The position numbers were made by a program, and so were the translations under genes. Of a stretch of DNA of 64,000 nucleotides, positions 1 through 13,950 are shown piece after piece (position 1 is the first letter of the stretch; the number at the start of each line of letters is the position of its first letter). The notes under the pieces were generated by a model. The model ran no database searches. It was not told where the DNA came from and saw only the letters and a program-made list of their open reading frames with translations. The DNA comes from the human T2T-CHM13v2.0 reference genome, Homo sapiens, in NCBI RefSeq assembly GCF_009914755.1, contig NC_060925.1. One strand, given 5' to 3'.

Positions 1-828
1 ATCATTGAACGGAAACGAATGGAATCATCATCGGATGGAAATGAATGGAATCATCATCGAATGGAATCGAATAGAATTATGGAATGAAATCCAGTGTGAT
101 CATCATCGAATGGACCCGAATGGAATCATCATCCAACGGAAGCTAATGGAATCAACATCGAATGAATCAAATGGAAACACCATCGAATTGAAACGAATGG
201 AATTATCATGAAATTGAAATGGATGGACTCATCATCGAATGGATTCGAATGGAATCATCGAATAAAATTGATTGAAATCATCATCAAATGGAATCGAATG
301 GTATCATTGAATGGAATCGAATGGAATCGTCATCAGATGGAAATGAATGGAATCGTCATAGAATGGAATCGAATGGATTCATTGAATGGAATCAGATGGA
401 ATCATCGAATGGACTGGAATGGAATCATTGAATGGACTCGAAAGGGATCATGATTGAATGGAATTGAATGGAATCATCGAATGGTCTCGATTGGAATCAT
501 TATCAAATGGAATCGAATGGAATCACCGAATAGAATCGAATGGAACAATCATCGAATGGACTCAAATGGAATTATCCTCAAATGGAATCGAATGGAATTA
601 TCGAATGCAATCGAATAGAATCATCGAATGGACTCGAATGGAATCATCGAATGGAATGGAATGGAACAGTCAATGAACTCGAATGGAATCATCATTGAAT
701 GGAATCGAATGGAATCATCAAGTGGAATCGAATGGAATTATGATCAAATGGAATCGAATGTAATCATCATCAAATGGAATCAAAAATAACCATCATCAAT
801 TGGTATTGAATGGAATTGTCATCAAATG

Positions 829-834
829 GAATTC
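829..834. other. EcoRI site GAATTC, once-per-unit landmark (first instance)
   Basis: It lies in atcaaatggaattcaaagg and recurs at 3073, 4849, 8029, 9415, 11659, 13045, 14108 and onward. Confidence 0.95.
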
Positions 835-963
835 AAAGGAATCATCATCAAATGGAACCGAATGGAATCCTCATTGAATGGAAATGAAAGGGGTCATCAT
901 CTAATGGAATCGCATGGAATCATCATCAAATGGAATCGAAGGGAATCATCATCAAATGGAATC

Positions 964-974
964 TAATGGAATCA
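964..974 (+). promoter_or_regulatory. TAATGGAATCA, match to the DUX4 consensus TAAYBBAATCA (representative instance; motif match only)
   Basis: The exact match is read from the sequence at 964-974 and 144-154 and repeats in most units. DUX4 binding to and induction of HSATII is established, but occupancy here is not shown. Confidence 0.45.
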
Positions 975-2428
975 TTGAACAGAATTGAATGGAATCGTCA
1001 TCGAATGAATTGAATGCAATCATCGAATGGTCTCGAATGGAATCATCTTCTAATGGAAAGGAATGGAATCATCGCATAGAATCGAATGGAATTATCATCG
1101 AATGGAATCGAATGGTATCAACACCAAACGGAAAAAAACGGAATTATCGAATGGAATCGAAGAGAATCTTCGAACAGACCCGAATGGAATCATCTAATGG
1201 AATGGAATGGAATAATCCATGGACTCGAATGCAATCATCATCGAATGGAATGGAATGGAATCATCGAATGGACTCGAATGGAATAATCATTGAACGGAAT
1301 CGAATGGAATCATCATCGGATGGAAACGAATGGAATCATCATCGAATGGAAATGAAAGGAGTCATCATCTAATGGAATTGCATGGAATCATCATAAAATG
1401 GAATCGAATGGAATCAACATCAAATGGAATCAAATGGAATCATTGAACGGAATTGAATGGAATCGTCATCGAATGAATTGAATGCAATCATCGAATGGTC
1501 TCGAATGGAATCATCTTCAAAAGAAATGGAATGGAATCATCGCATAGAATCGAATGGAATTATCATCGAATGGAATCGAATGGAATCAACATCAAACGGA
1601 AAAAAACGGAATTATCGAATGGAATCGAAGAGAATCATCGAAAGGACCCGAATGGAATCATCTAATGGAATGGAATGGAATAATCCATGGACTCGAATGC
1701 AATCATCATCGAATGGAATCGAATGGAATCATCGAATGGACTCGAATGGAATAATCATTGAACGGAATCGAATGGAATCATCATCGGATGGAAATGAATG
1801 GAATCATCATCGAGTGGAAATGAAAGGAGTCATCATCTAATGCAATTGCATGGAATCATCATAAAATGGAATCGAATGGAATCAACATCAAATGGAATCT
1901 AATGGAATCATTGAACAGAATTGAATGGAATCGTCATCGAATGAATTGACTGCAATCATCGAATGGTCTCGAATGGAATCATCTTCAAATGGAATGGAAT
2001 GGAATCATCGCATAGAATCGAATGGAATTATCATCGAATGGAATCGAATGGAATCAACATCAAACGGAAAAAAACGGAATTATCGAATGGAATCGAAGAG
2101 AATCATCGAATGGACCCGAATGGAATCATCTAATGGAATGGAATGGAATAATCCATGGACTCGAATGCAATCATCATCGAATGGAATCGAATGGAATCAT
2201 CGAATGGACTCGAATGGAATAATCATTGAACGGAATTGAATGGAATCATCATCGGATGGAAATGAATGGAATCATCATCGAATGGAATCGAATAGATTTA
2301 TGGAATGAAATCCAGTGTGATCATCATCGAATGGACCCGAATGGAATCATCATCCAACGGAAGCTAATGGAATCAACATCGAATGAATCAAATGGAAACA
2401 CCATCGAATTGAAACGAATGGAATTATT

Positions 2429-4204
2429 ATGAAATTGAAATGGATGGACTCATCATCGAATGGATTCGAATGGAATCATCGAATAAAATTGATTGAAATC
2501 ATCATCGAATGGAATCGAATGGTATCATTGAATGGAATCGAATGGAATCATCATCAGATGGAAATGAATGGAATCGCCATAGAATGGAATCGAATGGATT
2601 CATTGAATGGAATCAGATGGAATCATCGAATGGACTGGAATGGAATCATTGAATGGACTCGAAAGGGATCATGATTGAATGGAATTGAATGGAATCATCG
2701 AATGGTCTCGATTGGAATCATTATCAAATGGAATCGAATGGAATCACCGAATAGAATCGAATGGAACAATCATCGAATGGACTCAAATGGAATTATCCTC
2801 AAATGGAATCGAATGGAATTATCGAATGCAATCGAATGGAATTATCGAATGCAATCGAATAGAATCATCGAATGGACTCGAATGGAATCATCGAATGGAA
2901 TGGAATGGAACAGTCAATGAACTCGAATGGAATCATCATTGAATGGAATCGAATGGAATCATCAAGTGGAATCGAATGGAATTATGATCAAATGGAATCG
3001 AATGTAATCATCATCAAATGGAATCAAAAATAACCATCATCAATTGGTATTGAATGGAATTGTCATCAAATGGAATTCAAAGGAATCATCATCAAATGGA
3101 ACCGAATGGAATCCTCATTGAATGGAAATGAAAGGGGTCATCATCTAATGGAATCGCATGGAATCATCATCAAATGGAATCGAATGGAATCATCATCAAA
3201 TGGAATCTAATGGAATCATTGAACAGAATTGAATGGAATCGTCATCGAATGAATTGAATGCAATCATCGAATGGTCTCGAATGGAATCATCTTCTAATGG
3301 AAAGGAATGGAATCATCGCATAGAATCGAATGGAATTATCATCGAATGGAATCGAATGGTATCAACACCAAACGGAAAAAAACGGAATTATCGAATGGAA
3401 TCGAAGAGAATCTTCGAACGGACCCGAATGGAATCATCTAATGGAATGGAATGGAATAATCCATGGACTCGAATGCAATCATCATCGAATGGAATCGAAT
3501 GGAATCATCGAATGGACTCGAATGGAATAATCATTGAACGGAATCGAATGGAATCATCATCGGATGGAAACGAATGGAATCATCATCGAATGGAAATGAA
3601 AGGAGTCATCATCTAATGGAATTGCATGGAATCATCATAAAATGGAATCGAATGGAATCAACATCAAATGGAATCAAATGGAATCATTGAACGGAATTGA
3701 ATGGAATCGTCATCGAATGAATTGACTGCAATCATCGAATGGTCTCGAATGGAATCATCTTCAAATGGAATGGAATGGAATCATCGCATAGAATCGAATG
3801 GAATTATCATCGAATGGAATCGAATGGAATCAACATCAAACGGAAAAAAACGGAATTATCGAATGGAATCGAAGAGAATCATCGAATGGACCCGAATGGA
3901 ATCATCTAATGGAATGGAATGGAATAATCCATGGACTCGAATGCAATCATCATCGAATGGAATCGAATGGAATCATCGAATGGACTCGAATGGAATAATC
4001 ATTGAACGGAAACGAATGGAATCATCATCGGATGGAAATGAATGGAATCATCATCGAATGGAATCGAATAGAATTATGGAATGAAATCCAGTGTGATCAT
4101 CATCGAATGGACCCGAATGGAATCATCATCCAACGGAAGCTAATGGAATCAACATCGAATGAATCAAATGGAAACACCATCGAATTGAAACGAATGGAAT
4201 TATC
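2429..4204 (+). repeat. Representative canonical 1776 bp higher-order unit (HSat2A / D1Z1-pUC1.77-like)
   Basis: The landmark atgaaattgaaatggatggactc recurs at 2429 and 4205 (1776 bp apart). The same spacing occurs at 21495-23271-25047, 35023-36799-38575 and 55249-57025. Single GAATTC sites lie at 3073 and 4849. A 1.77 kb EcoRI period is established for the chromosome 1q12 satellite. Confidence 0.88.
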
Positions 4205-5008
4205 ATGAAATTGAAATGGATGGACTCATCATCGAATGGATTCGAATGGAATCATCGAATAAAATTGATTGAAATCATCATCAAATGGAATCGAATGGTA
4301 TCATTGAATGGAATCGAATGGAATCATCATCAGATGGAAATGAATGGAATCGTCATAGAATGGAATCGAATGGATTCATTGAATGGAATCAGATGGAATC
4401 ATCGAATGGACTGGAATGGAATCATTGAATGGACTCGAAAGGGATCATGATTGAATGGAATTGAATGGAATCATCGAATGGTCTCGATTGGAATCATTAT
4501 CAAATGGAATCGAATGGAATCACCGAATAGAATCGAATGGAACAATCATCGAATGGACTCAAATGGAATTATCCTCAAATGGAATCGAATGGAATTATCG
4601 AATGCAATCGAATGGAATTATCGAATGCAATCGAATAGAATCATCGAATGGACTCGAATGGAATCATCGAATGGAATGGAATGGAACAGTCAATGAACTC
4701 GAATGGAATCATCATTGAATGGAATCGAATGGAATCATCAAGTGGAATCGAATGGAATTATGATCAAATGGAATCGAATGTAATCATCATCAAATGGAAT
4801 CAAAAATAACCATCATCAATTGGTATTGAATGGAATTGTCATCAAATGGAATTCAAAGGAATCATCATCAAATGGAACCGAATGGAATCCTCATTGAATG
4901 GAAATGAAAGGGGTCATCATCTAATGGAATCGCATGGAATCATCATCAAATGGAATCGAAGGGAATCATCATCAAATGGAATCTAATGGAATCATTGAAC
5001 AGAATTGA

Positions 5009-7250
5009 ATGGAATCGTCATCGAATGAATTGAATGCAATCATCGAATGGTCTCGAATGGAATCATCTTCTAATGGAAAGGAATGGAATCATCGCATAGA
5101 ATCGAATGGAATTATCATCGAATGGAATCGAATGGTATCAACACCAAACGGAAAAAAACGGAATTATCGAATGGAATCGAAGAGAATCTTCGAACAGACC
5201 CGAATGGAATCATCTAATGGAATGGAATGGAATAATCCATGGACTCGAATGCAATCATCATCGAATGGAATGGAATGGAATCATCGAATGGACTCGAATG
5301 GAATAATCATTGAACGGAATCGAATGGAATCATCATCGGATGGAAACGAATGGAATCATCATCGAATGGAAATGAAAGGAGTCATCATCTAATGGAATTG
5401 CATGGAATCATCATAAAATGGAATCGAATGGAATCAACATCAAATGGAATCAAATGGAATCATTGAACGGAATTGAATGGAATCGTCATCGAATGAATTG
5501 AATGCAATCATCGAATGGTCTCGAATGGAATCATCTTCAAAAGAAATGGAATGGAATCATCGCATAGAATCGAATGGAATTATCATCGAATGGAATCGAA
5601 TGGAATCAACATCAAACGGAAAAAAACGGAATTATCGAATGGAATCGAAGAGAATCATCGAAAGGACCCGAATGGAATCATCTAATGGAATGGAATGGAA
5701 TAATCCATGGACTCGAATGCAATCATCATCGAATGGAATCGAATGGAATCATCGAATGGACTCGAATGGAATAATCATTGAACGGAATCGAATGGAATCA
5801 TCATCGGATGGAAATGAATGGAATCATCATCGAGTGGAAATGAAAGGAGTCATCATCTAATGCAATTGCATGGAATCATCATCAAATGGAATCGAATGGA
5901 ATCATCATCAAATGGAATCTAATGGAATCATTGAACAGAATTGAATGGAATCGTCATCGAATGAATTGAATGCAATCATCGAATGGTCTCGAATGGAATC
6001 ATCTTCTAATGGAAAGGAATGGAATCATCGCATAGAATCGAATGGAATTATCATCGAATGGAATCGAATGGTATCAACACCAAACGGAAAAAAACGGAAT
6101 TATCGAATGGAATCGAAGAGAATCTTCGAACAGACCCGAATGGAATCATCTAATGGAATGGAATGGAATAATCCATGGACTCGAATGCAATCATCATCGA
6201 ATGGAATGGAATGGAATCATCGAATGGACTCGAATGGAATAATCATTGAACGGAATCGAATGGAATCATCATCGGATGGAAACGAATGGAATCATCATCG
6301 AATGGAAATGAAAGGAGTCATCATCTAATGGAATTGCATGGAATCATCATAAAATGGAATCGAATGGAATCAACATCAAATGGAATCAAATGGAATCATT
6401 GAACGGAATTGAATGGAATCGTCATCGAATGAATTGACTGCAATCATCGAATGGTCTCGAATGGAATCATCTTCAAAAGAAATGGAATGGAATCATCGCA
6501 TAGAATCGAATGGAATTATCATCGAATGGAATCGAATGGAATCAACATCAAACGGAAAAAAACGGAATTATCGAATGGAATCGAAGAGAATCATCGAAAG
6601 GACCCGAATGGAATCATCTAATGGAATGGAATGGAATAATCCATGGACTCGAATGCAATCATCATCGAATGGAATCGAATGGAATCATCGAATGGACTCG
6701 AATGGAATAATCATTGAACGGAATCGAATGGAATCATCATCGGATGGAAATGAATGGAATCATCATCGAGTGGAAATGAAAGGAGTCATCATCTAATGCA
6801 ATTGCATGGAATCATCATAAAATGGAATCGAATGGAATCAACATCAAATGGAATCTAATGGAATCATTGAACAGAATTGAATGGAATCGTCATCGAATGA
6901 ATTGACTGCAATCATCGAATGGTCTCGAATGGAATCATCTTCAAATGGAATGGAATGGAATCATCGCATAGAATCGAATGGAATTATCATCGAATGGAAT
7001 CGAATGGAATCAACATCAAACGGAAAAAAACGGAATTATCGAATGGAATCGAAGAGAATCATCGAATGGACCCGAATGGAATCATCTAATGGAATGGAAT
7101 GGAATAATCCATGGACTCGAATGCAATCATCATCGAATGGAATCGAATGGAATCATCGAATGGACTCGAATGGAATAATCATTGAACGGAATCGAATGGA
7201 ATCATCATCGGATGGAAATGAATGGAATCATCATCGAATGGAATCGAATA
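5009..7250 (+). repeat. Five tandem copies of the 468 bp internal subunit (3180 bp unit)
   Basis: atggaatcgtcatcgaatgaattga starts at 5009, 5477, 5945, 6413 and 6881, exactly 468 bp apart. Landmark spacing 4205 to 7385 is 3180 = 1776 + 3x468. Confidence 0.92.
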
Positions 7251-7384
7251 GATTTATGTAATGAAATCCAGTGTGATCATCATCGAATGGACCCGAATGG
7301 AATCATCATCCAACGGAAGCTAATGGAATCAACATCGAATGAATCAAATGGAAACACCATCGAATTGAAACGAATGGAATTATC

Positions 7385-10300
7385 ATGAAATTGAAATGGA
7401 TGGACTCATCATCGAATGGATTCGAAAGGAATCATCGAATAAAATTGATTGAAATCATCATCGAATGGAATCGAATGGTATCATTGAATGGAATCGAATG
7501 GAATCATCATCAGATGGAAATGAATGGAATCGCCATAGAATGGAATCGAATGGATTCATTGAATGGAATCAGATGGAATCATCGAATGGACTGGAATGGA
7601 ATCATTGAATGGACTCGAAAGGGATCATGATTGAATGGAATTGAATGGAATCATCGAATGGTCTCGATTGGAATCATTATCAAATGGAATCGAATGGAAT
7701 CACCGAATAGAATCGAATGGAACAATCATCGAATGGACTCAAATGGAATTATCCTCAAATGGAATCGAATGGAATTATCGAATGCAATCGAATGGAATTA
7801 TCGAATGCAATCGAATAGAATCATCGAATGGACTCGAATGGAATCATCGAATGGAATGGAATGGAACAGTCAATGAACTCGAATGGAATCATCATTGAAT
7901 GGAATCGAATGGAATCATCGAGTGGAATCGAATGGAATTATGATCAAATGGAATCGAATGTAATCATCATCAAATGGAATCAAAAATAACCATCATCAAT
8001 TGGTATTGAATGGAATTGTCATCAAATGGAATTCAAAGGAATCATCATCAAATGGAACCGAATGGAATCCTCATTGAATGGAAATGAAAGGGGTCATCAT
8101 CTAATGGAATCACATGGAATCATCATCAAATGGAATCGAAGGGAATCATCATCAAATGGAATCTAATGGAATCATTGAACAGAATTGAATGGAATCGTCA
8201 TCGAATGAATTGAATGCAATCATCGAATGGTCTCGAATGGAATCATCTTCTAATGGAAAGGAATGGAATCATCGCATAGAATCGAATGGAATTATCATCG
8301 AATGGAATCGAATGGTATCAACACCAAACGGAAAAAAACGGAATTATCGAATGGAATCGAAGAGAATCTTCGAACGGACCCGAATGGAATCATCTAATGG
8401 AATGGAATGGAATAATCCATGGACTCGAATGCAATCATCATCGAATGGAATCGAATGGAATCATCGAATGGACTCGAATGGAATAATCATTGAACGGAAT
8501 CGAATGGAATCATTATCAGATGGAAACGAATGGAATCATCATCGAATGGAAATGAAAGGAGTCATCATCTAATGGAATTGCATGGAATCATCATAAAATG
8601 GAATCGAATGGAATCATCATCGAATGGAATCGAATAGAATTATGGAATGAAATCCAGTGTGATCATCATCGAATGGACCCGAATGCAATCATCATCCAAC
8701 GGAAGCTAATGGAATCAACATCGAATGAATCGAATGGAAACACCATCGAATTGAAACGAATGGAATTATCATGAAATTGAAATGGATGGACTCATCATCG
8801 AATGGATTCGAATGGAATCATCGAATAAAATTGATTGAAATCATCATCAAATGGAATCGAATGGTATCATTGAATGGAATCGAATGGAATCATCATCAGA
8901 TGGAAATGAATGGAATCGTCATAGAATGGAATCGAATGGATTCATTGAATGGAATCAGATGGAATCATCGAATGGACTGGAATGGAATCATTGAATGGAC
9001 TCGAAAGGGATCATTATTGAATGGAATTGAATGGAATCATCGAATGGTCTCGATTGGAATCATTATCAAATGGAATCGAATGGAATCACCGAATAGAATC
9101 GAATGGAACAATCATCGAATGGACTCAAATGGAATTATCCTCAAATGGAATCGCATGGAATTATTGAATGCAATCGAATGGAATTATCGAATGCAATCGA
9201 ATAGAATCATCGAATGGACTCGAATGGAATCATCGAATGGAATGGAATGGAACAGTCAATGAACTCGAATGGAATCATCATTGAATGGAATCGAATGGAA
9301 TCATCGAGTGGAATCGAATGGAATTATGATCAAATGGAATCGAATGTAATCATCATCAAATGGAATCAAAAATAACCATCATCAATTGGTATTGAATGGA
9401 ATTGTCATCAAATGGAATTCAAAGGAATCATCATCAAATGGAACCGAATGGAATCCTCATTGAATGGAAATGAAAGGTGTCATCATCTAATGGAATCGCA
9501 CGGAATCATCATCAAATGGAATCGAATGGAATCATCATCAAATGGAATCTAATGGAATCATTGAACAGAATTGAATGGAATCGTCATCGAATGAATTGAA
9601 TGCAATCATCGAATGGTCTCGAATGGAATCATCTTCTAATGGAAAGGAATGGAATCATCGCATAGAATCGAATGGAATTATCATCGAATGGAATCGAATG
9701 GTATCAACACCAAACAGAAAAAAACGGAATTATCGAATGGAATCGAAGAGAATCTTCGAACGGACCCGAATGGAATCATCTAATGGAATGGAATGGAATA
9801 ATCCATGGACTCGAATGCAATCATCATCGAATGGAATCGAATGGAATCATCGAATGGACTCGAATGGAATAATCACTGAACGGAATCGAATGGAATCATC
9901 ATCGGATGGAAACGAATGGAATCATCATCGAATGGAAATGAAAGGAGTCATCATCTAATGGAATTGCATGGAATCATCATAAAATGGAATCGAATGGAAT
10001 CAACATCAAATGGAATCAAATGGAATCATTGAACGGAATTGAATGGAATCGTCATCGAATGAATTGACTGCAATCATCGAATGGTCTCGAATGGAATCAT
10101 CTTCAAATGGAATGGAATGGAATCATCGCATAGAATCGAATGGAATTATCATCGAATGGAATCGAATGGAATCAACATCAAACGGAAAAAAACGGAATTA
10201 TCGAATGGAATCGAAGAGAATCATTGAATGGACCCGAATGGAATCATCTAATGGAATGGAATGGAATAATCCATGGACTCGAATGCAATCATCATCGAAT

Positions 10301-13300
10301 GGAATCGAATGGAATCATCGAATGGACTCGAATGGAATAATCATTGAACGGAATCGAATGGAATCATCATCGGATGGAAATGAATGGAATCATCATCGAG
10401 TGGAAATGAAAGGAGTCATCATCTAATGCAATTGCATGGAATCATCATCAAATGGAATCGAATGGAATCAACATCAAATGAAATCTAATGGAATCATTGA
10501 ACAGAATTGAATGGAATCGTCATCGAATGAATTGACTGCAATCATCGAATGGTCTCCAATGGAATCATCTTCAAATGGAATGGAATGGAATCATCGCATA
10601 GAATCGAATGGAATTATCATCGAATGGAATCGAATGGAATCAACATCAAACGGAAAAAAACGGAATTATCGAATGGAATCGAAGAGAATCATCGAATGGA
10701 CCCGAATGGAATCATCTAATGGAATGGAATGGAATAATCCATGGACTCGAATGCAATCATCATCGAATGGAATCGAATGGAATCATCGAATGGACTCGAA
10801 TGGAATAATCATTGAACGGAATCGAATGGAATCATCATCGGATGGAAATGAATGGAATCATCATCGAATGGAATCGAATAGAATTATGGAATGAAATCCA
10901 GTGTGATCATCATCGAATGGACCCGAATGGAATCATCATCCAACGGAAGCTAATGGAATCAACATCGAATGAATCAAATGGAAACACCATCGAATTGAAA
11001 CGAATGGAATTATCATGAAATTGAAATGGATGGACTCATCATCGAATGGATTCGAATGGAATCATCGAATAAAATTGATTGAAATCATCATCGAATGGAA
11101 TCGAATGGTATCATTGAATGGAATCGAATGGAATCATCATCAGATGGAAATGAATGGAATCGTCATAGAATGGAATCGAATGGATTCATTGAATGGAATC
11201 AGATGGAATCATCGAATGGACTGGAATGGAATCATTGAATGGACTCGAAAGGGATCATGATTGAATGGAATTGAATGGAATCATCGAATGATCTCGATTG
11301 GAATCATTATCAAATGGAATCGAATGGAATCACCGAATAGAATCGAATGGAACAATCATCGAATGGACTCAAATGGAATTATCCTCAAATGGAATCGAAT
11401 GGAATTATCAAATGCAATCGAATGGAATTATCGAATGCAATCGAATAGAATCATCGAATGGACTCGAATGGAATCATCGAATGGAATGGAATGGAACAGT
11501 CAATGAACTCGAATGGAATCATCATTGAATGGAATCGAATGGAATCATCGAGTGGAATCGAATGGAATTATGATCAAATGGAATCGAATGTAATCATCAT
11601 CAAATGGAATCAAAAATAACCATCATCAATTGGTATTGAATGGAATTGTCATCAAATGGAATTCAAAGGAATCATCATCAAATGGAACCGAATGGAATCC
11701 TCATTGAATGGAAAAGAAAGGGGTCATCATCTAATGGAATCACATGGAATCATCATCAAATGGAATCGAAGGGAATCATCATCAAATGGAATGTAATGGA
11801 ATCATTGAACAGAATTGAATGGAATCGTCATCGAATGAATTGAATGCAATCATCGAATGGTCTCGAATGGAATCATCTTCTAATGGAAAGGAATGGAATC
11901 ATCGCATAGAATCGAATGGAATTATCATCGAATGGAATCGAATGGTATCAACACCAAACGGAAAAAAACGGAATTATCGAATGGAATCGAAGAGAATCTT
12001 CGAACGGACCCGAATGGAATCATCTAATGGAATGGAATGGAATAATCCATGGACTCGAATGCAATCATCATCGAATGGAATCGAATGGAATCATCGAATG
12101 GACTCGAATGGAATAATCATTGAACGGAATCGAATGGAATCATTATCAGATGGAAACGAATGGAATCATCATCGAATGGAAATGAAAGGAGTCATCATCT
12201 AATGGAATTGCATGGAATCATCATAAAATGGAATCGAATGGAATCATCATCGAATGGAATCGAATAGAATTATGGAATATAATCCAGTGTGATCATCATC
12301 GAATGGACCCGAATGGAATCATCATCCAACGGAAGCCAATGGAATCAACATCGAATGAATCGAATGGAAACACCATCGAATTGAAACGAATGGAATTATC
12401 ATGAAATTGAAATGGATGGACTCATCATCGAATGGATTCGAATGGAATCATCGAATAAAATTGATTGAAATCATCATCAAATGGAATCGAATGGTATCAT
12501 TGAATGGAATCGAATGGAATCATCATCAGATGGAAATGAATGGAATCGTCATAGAATGGAATCGAATGGATTCATTGAATGGAATCAGATGGAATCATCG
12601 AATGGACTGGAATGGAATCATTGAATGGACTCGAAAGGGATCATTATTGAATGGAATTGAATGGAATCATCGAATGGTCTCGATTGGAATCATTATCAAA
12701 TGGAATCAAATGGAATCACCGAATAGAATCGAATGGAACAATCATCGAATGGACTCAAATGGAATTATCCTCAAATGGAATCGAATGGAATTATCGAATG
12801 CAATCGAATGGAATTATCGAATGCAATCGAATAGAATCATCGAATGGACTCGAATGGAATCATCGAATGGAATGGAATGGAACAGTCAATGAACTCGAAT
12901 GGAATCATCATTGAATGGAATCGAATGGAATCATCGAGTGGAATCGAATGGAATTATGATCAAATGGAATCGAATGTAATCATCATCAAATGGAATCAAA
13001 AATAACCATCATCAATTGGTATTGAATGGAATTGTCATCAAATGGAATTCAAAGGAATCATCATCAAATGGAACCGAATGGAATCCTCATTGAATGGAAA
13101 TGAAAGGGGTCATCATCTAATGGAATCGCATGGAATCATCATCAAATGGAATCCAATGGAATCATCATCAAATGGAATCTAATGGAATCATTGAACAGAA
13201 TTGAATGGAATCGTCATCGAATGAATTGAATGCAATCATCGAATGGTCTCGAATGGAATCATCTTCTAATGGAAAGGAATGGAATCATCGCATAGAATCG

Positions 13301-13950
13301 AATGGAATTATCATCGAATGGAATCGAATGGTATCAACACCAAACGGAAAAAAACGGAGTTATCGAATGGAATCGAAGAGAATCTTCGAACGGACCCGAA
13401 TGGAATCATCTAATGGAATGGAACGGAATAATCCATGGACTCGAATGCAATCATCATCGAATGGAATCGAATGGAATCATCGAATGGACTCGAATGGAAT
13501 AATCATTGAACGGAATCGAATGGAATCATCATCGGATGGAAACGAATGGAATCATCATCGAATGGAAATGAAAGGAGTCATCATCTAATGGAATTGCATG
13601 GAATCATCATAAAATGGAATCGAATGGAATCAACATCAAATGGAATCAAATGGAATCATCGAACGGAATTGAATGGAATCGTCATCGAATGAATTGACTG
13701 CAATCATCGAATGGTCTCGAATGGAATCATCTTCAAATGGAATGGAATGGAATCATCGCATAGAATCGAATGGAATTATCATCGAATGGAATCGAACGGA
13801 ATCAACATCAAACGGAAAAAAACGGAATTATCGAATGGAATCGAAGAGAATCATCGAATGGACCCGAATGGAATCATCTAATGGAATGGAATGGAATAAT
13901 CCATGGACTCGAATGCAATCATCATCGAATGGAATCGAATGGAATCATCG
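7385..13950 (+). repeat. Approximately 3630 bp tandem duplication containing the 1386 bp deleted unit
   Basis: Offsets 7385/11015, 8189/11819, 8771/12401 and 9575/13205 are all 3630 bp. The copies share cattatcaga, cacatgg and the same 390 bp deletion junction. Boundaries are approximate. Confidence 0.8.
8771..11014 (+). repeat. Representative 2244 bp unit variant (1776 bp plus one extra 468 bp subunit)
   Basis: Landmark spacing 8771 to 11015 is 2244 bp, with three subunit starts at 9575, 10043 and 10511. The spacing 19251 to 21495 is also 2244 bp, and near-2244 spacings occur elsewhere. Confidence 0.9.

Noticed and set aside
262-267. AATAAA polyadenylation-like hexamer once per unit
   Set aside because: It is expected by chance in A-rich satellite, and no transcript or gene context is visible.
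1131-1138. Short A-run (gaaaaaaa) suggesting a retroelement tail
   Set aside because: It is only seven A residues and a fixed part of the 468 bp subunit. No target-site duplication or Alu/L1 sequence is seen.
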